Origin: Bryobacterales bacterium
Lineage (GTDB): Bacteria; Acidobacteriota; Terriglobia; Bryobacterales; UBA6623
Direction: 5' to 3'
Assembly: GCA_963422375.2 (NCBI GenBank)
Contig: OY729428.2
Span: 192,001 to 256,000 of the forward strand
DNA length: 64,000 nucleotides
The position numbers were made by a program, and so were the translations under genes. Under the pieces are notes generated by a model. That model was not told the origin of the DNA. It searched no databases and saw only the letters and a program-made list of their open reading frames with translations. Within the stretch, counting starts at the first letter, position 1. Every line of letters starts with the position of its first letter. Below are positions 41,872 to 50,423 of this stretch, one piece after another.

Positions 41872-43873
41872 GTGAGCAATCAAGATCTGCACTGGATCGC
41901 CAATTACATCTGGGGCATAGCCGACGATGTCCTTCGCGACCTGTATGTCCGCGGGAAGTATCGCGACGTCATCCTGCCGATGACCGTGCTGCGCCGGCTC
42001 GACGCGGTGCTGGAAGGCAGCAAGCAGAATGTGCTCGACATGAAGGCCGTGCTGGACAAGGCCAAGCTCGTCGAGCAGGACGCGGCGCTGCGGCACGCAG
42101 CGGGACAGGCCTTCTACAACACGTCGAAGGTCACCCTGCGCGATCTGCGCGACCGCGCCAGCCGACAGCAGCTCGAGGCGGACTTCCGCGCCTACCTCGA
42201 CGGGTTCTCGCCCAACGTCCAAGACATCCTCGACAACTTCGAGTTCCGCAACCAGATCCCGCGGCTGTCGAAGGCGGATGCCCTAGGCACGCTAATCGAA
42301 AGGCTCACCTCGCCGGACGTCAATCTGAGTCCAAGTCCGCTGAAGAACGCCGATGGCTCCGTCCGGCATCCCGGCCTCGACAATCACGGGATGGGCTCGA
42401 TCTTCGAGGAGCTGGTGCGCCGCTTCAGCGAGGAGAACAACGAGGAGGCCGGCGAGCACTGGACTCCGCGCGACGCCGTGCGGCTCATGGCCAAGCTCGT
42501 CTTCCTGCCCGTGGCCGACCGGATTAAGTCAGGCACCTACCTGCTCTACGACGGCGCCTGCGGCACCGGCGGCATGCTCACCGTGGCCGAGGAGACCTTT
42601 CGGCAGCTCGCGGCCGAGCGCGGCAAGGTCGTCTCCACGCACCTGTTCGGCCAGGAAATCAACGCCGAGACCTACGCCATCTGCAAGGCCGACCTGCTGC
42701 TGAAGGGCGAGGGCGAGGCGGCCGACAACATCGTCGGCGGCCCGGAGCACTCCACGCTCGCGCGCGACGCCTTCCCGTCCCGCCAGTTCGACTTCATGCT
42801 TTCGAACCCGCCCTACGGCAAGAGCTGGAAGACCGACCTGGAGCGCATGGGCGGCAAGCAGGGCATGCGCGACCCTCGCTTCGTCATCGAGCACGGGGGC
42901 AATCCGGAGTACTCGCTGGTCACCCGCTCCAGCGACGGCCAGCTGCTCTTCCTCGCCAGCAAGCTATCGAAGATGAAGCGCGGCACGCCACTGGGCAGCC
43001 GCATCGCCGAGGTGCATAACGGCAGCTCGCTGTTCACCGGCGACGCCGGGCAGGGCGAGAGCAACATCCGGCGCTGGATCATCGAGAACGACTGGCTGGA
43101 GGCGATCGTCGCTCTCCCACTCAACATGTTCTACAACACCGGCATCGCCACCTACGTCTGGGTGCTCACCAACCGCAAGTCCGAGCGCCGGCGGGGCAAG
43201 GTGCAGCTGATCGACGCCACGAGGCGGTACCGGCCGCTGCGCAAGAACCTAGGCAAGAAGAACTGCGAGCTGGGCGAGGAGGACATCGCCCTAATCTGTG
43301 ACGCGTTCCTGGCTTTCGAGGAGTCCGAGGAGAGTAGGATCTTCGACAACGCCGCCTTCGGTTACTGGAAGGTGACGGTGGAGCGACCGTTACGAATCGA
43401 GGGAGCCGACGTGAACCGCGTCTACAAGGCGGCTGAGATCAAGGAGCTGAAGGAGAGCGGCAAGCGGAGCGAGGCCCCCCCCCCCCCCGCCGGTCATTCG
43501 GAAGATCCACGGGCGGGCAACGGAGGCCGATCCGTTGCGGGGCCTGTTCTCCGCCACCGTCAACGGCCGGTCCGCTGTCGTGGAGTACGCGTCGGACACC
43601 GATTTGCGAGATACCGAGCGGATCCCGCTGCAGGAGGATGGCGGCATTGAGGCGTTCCTGCGGCGCGAGGTGCTGCCGTACGCTGCCGACGCCTGGTACC
43701 GGCCGGACAGGGTGAAGGTGGGCTACGAGATCAGCTTCACGCGCTACTTCTACAAGCCGAAGCCGATGCGGACGCTGGCGGAGATTCGGACGGATATCCT
43801 AGCCTTGGAGCGAGAGACCGAGGGGCTGCTTGCGGAGATTCTGGGCCACGGCGAACCGGCATCGACGCCATGA
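41872..43873 (+). pseudogene. hsdM: Type I R-M methyltransferase HsdM, out of frame at a C14 tract
   Basis: IWGIADDVLRD, GEHWTPRD, DGACGTGG (motif I), NPPY (motif IV), FYNTGIATY. The C-terminus (PPVIRKIH...FLRREVLPY...GYEISFTRYFY) is in a different frame after 43475-43488. Confidence 0.93.
43475..43488. repeat. Poly-C homopolymer (C14) inside hsdM
   Basis: GAGG-C14-GCCGGTC; C13 or C16 would restore the frame. Confidence 0.9.
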
Positions 43874-43901
43874 GGGCGGGCGGGCGCAACGGGAGCGACC
43901 A

Positions 43902-44144
43902 ATGACTGACAACCCAGCGGAGGAGTCGCGGGCGCAGTCGGCGGAGATCATCTCCGAGGTTTCAGAGGCGGTCGAAGGCCGGTTCGACGCCAGGGCGCTC
44001 GGACACAGCATCTACACCCAGGGAGCGAACTGGGACGATCTGAAGCAGATGGCGACAGACACCGTGCTCTGCCACGTCGATGAGAACGGGGCGTCGCGAG
44101 TGATCCGCCTGCACCTGGTCCGGCAGGAGGTTTTTGGTGTATGA
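43902..44144 (+). CDS. HicB-like antitoxin (small)
   Basis: EVSEAVEGRFDARALGHSIYTQGANWDDLKQMATDTVLCH...IRLHLVRQEV fits the HicB-like fold; its stop overlaps the hicA start. Confidence 0.7.
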   Translation: MTDNPAEESRAQSAEIISEVSEAVEGRFDARALGHSIYTQGANWDDLKQMATDTVLCHVDENGASRVIRLHLVRQEVFGV

Positions 44145-44389
44145 AGCTGCTCCGCGACCTCTCGGGCACCTAGGTCGCCCGGCGGCTCGCCCGTCAATAC
44201 GGCAACCGCGTAACTCCGAGCCGGGGCAGCCACACGACCGTAACGCTGACGGCGGGAGGCGACCAGCTTCAGGTGACCGTACCACTGCATCGGGACGTGC
44301 GGATCGGCACGCTGGACCCGACTATCTCCGACGTGGCGGCATTCCTCGGTCTGCCCAAGCAGGCAGTACGCGACACCCTCTTCGGTTGA
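44141..44389 (+). pseudogene. hicA: HicA-family toxin with in-frame TAG at codon 11
   Basis: MKLLRDLSGT*VARRLARQYG...RGSH...VTVPLHRDVRIGTL...LFG*; TAG at 44171-44173. Confidence 0.8.
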
Positions 44390-44393
44390 TGCA

Positions 44394-45239
44394 ATGACCG
44401 CCGGACTCAAGCCGTATCGGGCGTACAAGGACTCCGGGGTGGAGTGGCTGGGGAAGGTGCCGACGCACTGGAGTGTCACGCGGCTGAAGTACTCGCTGGC
44501 CAATATCGTAGAACAGGCAGCCAACCTCTCGCAGGCGGACATCGTCGTCGCCTTGGAGAACGTGGAGAGCTGGACCGGTCGAGTGATGCTCTCAGACTCT
44601 GCCGTGGCGTTCGACAGCCAGTTGAAGCGCTTCCAGGCCGGGGATATCCTGTTCGGCAAGCTTCGCCCCTATCTCGCGAAGGTCGCTCAACTCGCACGTG
44701 GGGGTTCGTGCGTCGGGGAATTCCTGGTCCTTCGACCTCGCCACGGGAACGTCGTAGGACAGTACTTCGAACATCTTCTCCGCTCGAGGCCGATCATTGA
44801 AGCGGTGACAGCTTCGACGTATGGGGCAAAAATGCCCCGCACGGACTGGCAATTCATTGGAGGAATGCCAGTTGTTCACCCTCCGCCCATTGAACAGGCC
44901 GCCATCGTTCGCTTCCTTGACCACGCCGACCGCCGCATCCGGCGGTACATCCGCGCCAAGGAGAAGCTGATTGGGCTTACTGGCGGGGTCGGACTGATCC
45001 AAGAGTTCCGCACGCGCCTGATCGCCGATATGGTCACCGGCAAGCTCGACGTACGCGAGGCAGCCGCGGAGTTGCCGCAGGTCGATCCTCTGGCCATCGT
45101 CGACACGCGGAGCGGTCACGGCGACGCAGCGGACGGGTCGCTTTCCCGGGAAGGGGCCGCCTCGACGGAGATTGGACGCCCAAGAGATTCGGTTAGGGAG
45201 GAGTCCAAGATCAAGCGAGGTCGGAACGTGAGGGTGTGA
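44394..45239 (+). CDS. hsdS: Half-size (single-TRD) type I specificity subunit HsdS
   Basis: YKDSGVEWLGKVPTHW, one TRD (GDILFGKLRPYL...GAKMPR), PPPIEQAAIVRFLD, then directly RTRLIADMVTGKLDV. Confidence 0.88.
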   Translation: MTAGLKPYRAYKDSGVEWLGKVPTHWSVTRLKYSLANIVEQAANLSQADIVVALENVESWTGRVMLSDSAVAFDSQLKRFQAGDILFGKLRPYLAKVAQLARGGSCVGEFLVLRPRHGNVVGQYFEHLLRSRPIIEAVTASTYGAKMPRTDWQFIGGMPVVHPPPIEQAAIVRFLDHADRRIRRYIRAKEKLIGLTGGVGLIQEFRTRLIADMVTGKLDVREAAAELPQVDPLAIVDTRSGHGDAADGSLSREGAASTEIGRPRDSVREESKIKRGRNVRV

Positions 45240-46399
45240 CGGGACGGCGCGTGCGGACGACGTTGCAACCCGCGGTGCTGCGGTGGGCGCGCCAGCGTGC
45301 CGAGCTCGGGACGGAAGCACTCGCGGCCAAGATGGGAGTAAGTCGAGATCGTGTCCTCGAGTGGGAATGGTCCGGAAGGATCAGTATCTCGCAAGCGGAC
45401 AGGCTGGCGCGACGCACCCACACGCCTCTCGGCTATCTCTACTTGCGTCAACCCCCTGACGACGACCTGCCAATACCGGATTTCCGTGCGCCGGAGGTGC
45501 GGCCGCGACGGCCGAGTCCCGATCTGCTCGAGACGGTACATCAGATGGCGCGCCGGCAGGCTTGGATGCGCGACGATTTGCTCGAAGACGGTGCCGATCC
45601 GGTGCCATTCGTCGGTTGTTGCGATCCGAGAGTTCGCCCGGCAGACGCTGCCGCGACGATACGAGAGCATTTGAAGCTGGACCTCGGTTGGGCTGCAACG
45701 CGGCGCACGTGGACGGACGCGCTGCGGCACTTGCGGGAGCGAGCGGAAGCGCACGGCATGCTTGTGGTGATCAACGGCGTCGTGGGCAACAATATGTACC
45801 GCAGGCTTGACCGGAACGAGTTTCAGGGCTTCGCCCTTGTCGACTCCCACGCGCCACCGGTCTTTGTCAACGCTGCGGACTTCAAGGCGGCGCAGATGTT
45901 CACACTGGCGCATGTGCTCGCGCATGTGCTCGTCGACGCCGCCGGCGTCTCAAACCTCGATGTGGCGCGGGCTCCCGGCCATGGTACGGAGCGGTTCTGC
46001 AATGAGGTCGCGGCGGAGTTCCTAGTGCCCGAACAGGAGCTGACGGCACACTGGAGGCGGGGCGACACAGTCGCCGAGTCGCTCCAAGCCCTGGCGAGGC
46101 ACTTCAAGGTGAGTGTCTTGGTCGTCGCGTGGCGAACGTTTCACCTGCGTTTGATCAGACCGGACGAATTCCGGCGATTCTACGACTCCTACCGACGCCA
46201 AGCGGCTCACGGGCCCGACGAGAGGTATGGCGGCAGTTTCTGGAACAGCCAGAACCTTCGCATCGGCCCTCGATTCGGGGCAGCTGTTCGACGCGCCGTG
46301 AAGGAAGGTCGGCTGTCCTATCGAGAAGCATATGCGCTGACGGGATTGCGCGGCGCCGCGTTCGACACCTTCGTACGTCGATTGGAGCAGCCCGCATGA
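45236..46399 (+). CDS. XRE-HTH + ImmA/IrrE-family metallopeptidase (HEXXH changed to HVLAH)
   Basis: LRWARQRA HTH, PIPDFR, GVVGNN..R.LD..EFQGFAL, QMFTLAHVLAH, ERFCNEVAAEFLVP, ARHFKVS. Confidence 0.85.
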   Translation: MTGRRVRTTLQPAVLRWARQRAELGTEALAAKMGVSRDRVLEWEWSGRISISQADRLARRTHTPLGYLYLRQPPDDDLPIPDFRAPEVRPRRPSPDLLETVHQMARRQAWMRDDLLEDGADPVPFVGCCDPRVRPADAAATIREHLKLDLGWAATRRTWTDALRHLRERAEAHGMLVVINGVVGNNMYRRLDRNEFQGFALVDSHAPPVFVNAADFKAAQMFTLAHVLAHVLVDAAGVSNLDVARAPGHGTERFCNEVAAEFLVPEQELTAHWRRGDTVAESLQALARHFKVSVLVVAWRTFHLRLIRPDEFRRFYDSYRRQAAHGPDERYGGSFWNSQNLRIGPRFGAAVRRAVKEGRLSYREAYALTGLRGAAFDTFVRRLEQPA

Positions 46400-46902
46400 A
46401 CAGCGTGTTCGTGCTCGATGCGAATGTCTTCAGCGAGGCGCACAGGCGCTACTATGGGTCGGACCTGTGCCCGGGTTTCTGGAAGTGCTTACGTCACCAC
46501 GGCGAATGGCGGCGCTGGGTGAGCATTGACAGAGTTCGTGACGAGTTGTTGACCGGCGGCGACGCGCTTTCGGCATGAGTGAAGGACGGGCCCAGGGAAT
46601 TGTTCGTGTCGTCCGCCGAGCAAAGGGTAGTCGATGTCTTCAGTGGCATCATGGAGTGGGTTAACGGCAACGGGCAGTTTCGGCCCGATGCGAAGGAACA
46701 GTTTGCGGCGACCGCTGATGGCTGGATAGCGGCGTATGCGAAGGTCCATTCAGCTGTAGTCGTACCGCATGAACAGTACCGCCCGAACGTGAAGCGGCGC
46801 GTGCCGCTCGGCAACGTTTGCGACGCGTTCCACGTAGTCGCCCAGGATACGTTTGAGATGCTGCCTGAACTCGACGTTTGTTTCGACTGGAGGAACGGTT
46901 GA
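46396..46902 (+). pseudogene. DUF4411 (PIN-fold) protein with in-frame TGA
   Basis: VLDANVF..AHRRYY..LCPGFW...SIDRVRDEL, TGA at 46576-46578, then continues in frame ADGWIAAYAK...HE...VPLGNVC. Confidence 0.82.
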
Positions 46903-49900
46903 GCACACGGGGCGAAGCAGCGCACCGTGTCACCGACACCTCCGAGCGCGGCTTGGAACGGCTGATCTGCATCGCGCTGGCCGGTCATCCCTGCGACCCG
47001 CCGACGAGAGGTAGAGCGACGGAGCCGACGGCCAAGCACGGCGGTGTCGGCTGGCTCGGCGGCGACCCTCGCGACTACGACCGCGAGTTCTGCGTCGATC
47101 TCGCCCAGCTCGCCGCGTTCCTGCTCCGTACGCAGCCCGAGGCCACCGACGCGCTGGCGCTGGACGGGGACGGCCCGACGCGGCGCAAGTTCCTTGCTCG
47201 GCTGCGGGGCGAGATTTCGAAGCGCGGCACCATCGACGTGCTGCGCCACGGCATCCGGCACGGCGCGCACGCCCTGGACCTGTTCTACGGCACGCCGTCG
47301 GCGGGGAATCCGCAGGCGCGGGAACGCTTCGCGCAGAACTGCTTCACCGTCGTGCGGCAGCTCCGCTACAGCCTCGACGTCACGCAGCGGGCGCTGGACA
47401 TCGGCCTGTTCGTCAACGGCCTGCCGGTCTTCACCTTCGAGCTGAAGAACCGCCTGACCAAGCAGACGGTGGACGATGCGGTCTGGCAGTACAAGAAGGA
47501 CCGCAACCCGCGCGAGAAGCTGTTCGAGCTGGGGCGCTGCGTGGCCCATTTCGCGGTGGACGAGAGCGAAGCACGCTTCTGCACGCACCTGCGGGGGAAG
47601 GCGTCGTGGTTCCTGCCGTTCAACCAAGGCTGGAACGACGGCGCCGGCAATCCTCCCAACCCGGGCGGCATCAAGACCGACTACCTGTGGCGCGAGGTGC
47701 TGACCCGCGAGAGCCTGACGAACATTCTGGAGAACTACGCGCAGGTAGTGGAGGCAAAGGACGCCAAGACCGGCCGGAAGCAGCGGAAGCAGGTCTGGCC
47801 CCGCTACCACCAGCTCGATGTCGTGCGCCGGCTGCTGATCGACGTCGCGGCGCGCGGGGCGGGCCGGCGCTACCTGATCCAGCACTCGGCGGGCAGCGGC
47901 AAGAGCAACTCCATCGCCTGGCTGGCGCACCAGCTCATCGGCCTGACGAAGGATGGCGCTCCGGTCTTCGACTCGATCATCGTCGTCACCGATCGACTTG
48001 TCCTCGACCGGCAGATCGGCGACACCATCAAGCAGTACGCTCAGGTCGGCGCGACCGTGGGACGCGCTCGGCAGTCCGGAGGCCTGCGACGGTTCATAGA
48101 GGAGGGCAAGAAGATCATCATCTCGACTGTCCAGAAGTTTCCCTTCATCCTCGACGAGATCGGCAACGAGCAGCGGCGGCGGCGCTTCGCCGTCATCATC
48201 GACGAGGCGCACTCCAGCCAAGGCGGCCGAGCGTCGGCGTCCGTCTCGGCCGCGCTCGGGACGGCGGGCCAGCAAGCCGAGGACGAGACCTTCGAGGATC
48301 GGATCAACCGCGTGATGGCGTCGCGCAAGCTGCTCCCCAACGCCAGCTACTTCGCGTTCACCGCCACCCCGAAGAACAAGACGCTGGAGATCTTCGGCTC
48401 ACCCGACCGGCAGTCGGACGGCGCCGTCCGCCACCACGCCTTCCACAGCTACACCATGAAGCAGGCCATCCAGGAGGGCTTCATCCTGGACGTGCTGGCA
48501 CAGTACACGCCGGTGTCCAGCTACTACCGACTCGCCAAGACGGTGGGATGGGACCCGAAGTTCGACGTCAAGAAGGCGCAGAAGAAGCTGCGGCGCTTCG
48601 TCGAGGGCCACGGCCACGCGATCCGCCTGAAGGCGGAGATCATGGTCGACCACTTCCACGAGAAGGTCATCGAGAGAAACAAGATCGGCGGCGAAGCGCG
48701 TGCGATGGTGGTCACCAACGGTATCGAGCTCGCGATCCAGTACTTCCACGCCATCCGCGACTACCTGCACGAGCGCAAGAGCCCGTACCGAGCCATCGTT
48801 GCCTTCTCCGGCGAGCCCGAGTTCGGCGGCCAGAAGGTGACCGAGGCATCGGTGAACGGCTTTCCGGCCGGTCGGATCGCCGAGAAGATTCAAGAGCATC
48901 CGTACCGTTTCCTCGTCTGCGCCGACAAGTTCCAGACCGGCTACGACGAGCCCTTGCTGCACACGATGTACGTGGACAAGACGCTGTCCGGCATCAAGGC
49001 GGTGCAGACGCTGTCGCGTCTCAACCGGGCGCACCCGAAGAAGCACGATGTCTTCGTGCTGGACTTTCTCAACGACTCCGACACCATCCGCGACGCCTTC
49101 GCGGACTTCTACCGCGCGACGATCCTCGCCCGCGAGACGGACCCCGACAAGCTGCACGACCTGCAGGCCGACCTCGATGCCGCCCAAGTCTACTCGCCCG
49201 AACAGGTTGACGACTTCGTCCGGCGTTATCTCGACGGGGCTGATCGCGATCAACTCGATCCCGTCCTCGACGACTGCGTAGCGGTCTATGTGCGCGAGCT
49301 GGACGAAGACGCGCAGGTGGACTTCAAGGGCAAGGCCAAGGCCTTCGTGCGGACCTACGGCTTCCTGTCGTGCGTCCTGCCGTACACGAACGCAGAGTGG
49401 GAACAGCGCTCGATCTTCCTGAACTTCCTGATCCCGAGGCTGCCCGCCCCGAACGAGGAGGATTTGTCCAAGGGCATTCTCGACGCAATCGACATGGACA
49501 GCTACCGCGTCGAGAAGCGAGCCGTCCAACAGATCCAGCTGCCCGACGCCGACGCTGAGGTTGATCCCGCGTCGGCCAGCGGCGGCCGCGCGTCGGAACC
49601 GGAACTGGACCGGCTCTCGAATATCCTCCAAGCGTTCAACGACCTGTTCGGCGACATCGCGTGGGAGGATCGCGACCGCGTGGGGCAGATGATCTGCGAG
49701 GCCATCCCAGCTAAGGTGGCGGCGGACACCGCCTTCCGGAACGCTCGAGAGAACAGCGACGACGCCAACACCCGCATCGAGCACGACAGGGTGCTTGAGC
49801 GGATCGTCACCGGCATGGTGAAGGACGACGCCGAACTGTTCAAGCAATTCTTCGACAACGAGGATTTCCGGCGGTGGATGACCGCCACGGTATTCGAGCG

Positions 49901-49928
49901 ATCCTGCGCGCAAACGCAAGGGCCGTGA
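46899..49928 (+). CDS. hsdR: Type I R-M restriction subunit HsdR
   Basis: DIGLFVNGLPVFTFELKN nuclease motif, PRYHQ, HSAGSGKS, IIDEAHSS, FTATPK, KFQTGYDEP, QTLSRLNR; TTG start after GGAGG. Confidence 0.95.
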   Translation: MSTRGEAAHRVTDTSERGLERLICIALAGHPCDPPTRGRATEPTAKHGGVGWLGGDPRDYDREFCVDLAQLAAFLLRTQPEATDALALDGDGPTRRKFLARLRGEISKRGTIDVLRHGIRHGAHALDLFYGTPSAGNPQARERFAQNCFTVVRQLRYSLDVTQRALDIGLFVNGLPVFTFELKNRLTKQTVDDAVWQYKKDRNPREKLFELGRCVAHFAVDESEARFCTHLRGKASWFLPFNQGWNDGAGNPPNPGGIKTDYLWREVLTRESLTNILENYAQVVEAKDAKTGRKQRKQVWPRYHQLDVVRRLLIDVAARGAGRRYLIQHSAGSGKSNSIAWLAHQLIGLTKDGAPVFDSIIVVTDRLVLDRQIGDTIKQYAQVGATVGRARQSGGLRRFIEEGKKIIISTVQKFPFILDEIGNEQRRRRFAVIIDEAHSSQGGRASASVSAALGTAGQQAEDETFEDRINRVMASRKLLPNASYFAFTATPKNKTLEIFGSPDRQSDGAVRHHAFHSYTMKQAIQEGFILDVLAQYTPVSSYYRLAKTVGWDPKFDVKKAQKKLRRFVEGHGHAIRLKAEIMVDHFHEKVIERNKIGGEARAMVVTNGIELAIQYFHAIRDYLHERKSPYRAIVAFSGEPEFGGQKVTEASVNGFPAGRIAEKIQEHPYRFLVCADKFQTGYDEPLLHTMYVDKTLSGIKAVQTLSRLNRAHPKKHDVFVLDFLNDSDTIRDAFADFYRATILARETDPDKLHDLQADLDAAQVYSPEQVDDFVRRYLDGADRDQLDPVLDDCVAVYVRELDEDAQVDFKGKAKAFVRTYGFLSCVLPYTNAEWEQRSIFLNFLIPRLPAPNEEDLSKGILDAIDMDSYRVEKRAVQQIQLPDADAEVDPASASGGRASEPELDRLSNILQAFNDLFGDIAWEDRDRVGQMICEAIPAKVAADTAFRNARENSDDANTRIEHDRVLERIVTGMVKDDAELFKQFFDNEDFRRWMTATVFERSCAQTQGP

Positions 49929-50423
49929 GCTGCAAGCTCGGCGACGCGGCGCCGGGCTGTGGTGATCCGGCCGCAGGGACCGGGCGGGGCGCTACGGTGC
50001 CGACGAGCGAGTGCTCCCGGGGGACGTAGTGCTCGAGCAACGCTGGCTGTGTGGTCCTTCCCGAAAGGGACAACTGCAACCGGAGGCAGCCCCGGAAGCC
50101 TGAGCGAGCGCGTAACCAGACACGTCCCCCGGGGTCACGAAGCGTCAGTATCGCTCGGGTCCCCCATGTGCCATTCCCTGTACGTGGGAGTGGGTTGCTG
50201 TGTCGGGATCCGATGCACGCAGGATGAGGCATCAAGCGCATCAATTGCGTCGAGCCCTGCCCGTGCTGATCCCCACTGGTGTCGGCTACAGGTCGCGGGC
50301 TTCTCGCGGTCCATAGAAGTCGTCCTACCCGTGATATCGCAAGTGAGGCAGTCACGCAATGTCTGAAAAGATGCATCGCGCAAGGCACCTAGGGCTCGTG
50401 GGGGCTCGGAGCGCTCCCGCCGC

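Noticed and set aside
44171..46578. In-frame TAG/TGA as pyrrolysine/selenocysteine or an alternative genetic code
   Set aside because: TAG and TGA end normal genes throughout the window; the stops fall in genes with other decay changes, and no recoding signal is evident.
41872..49928. Invertible hsdS shufflon
   Set aside because: No recombinase, silent TRDs or inverted repeats seen around hsdS.
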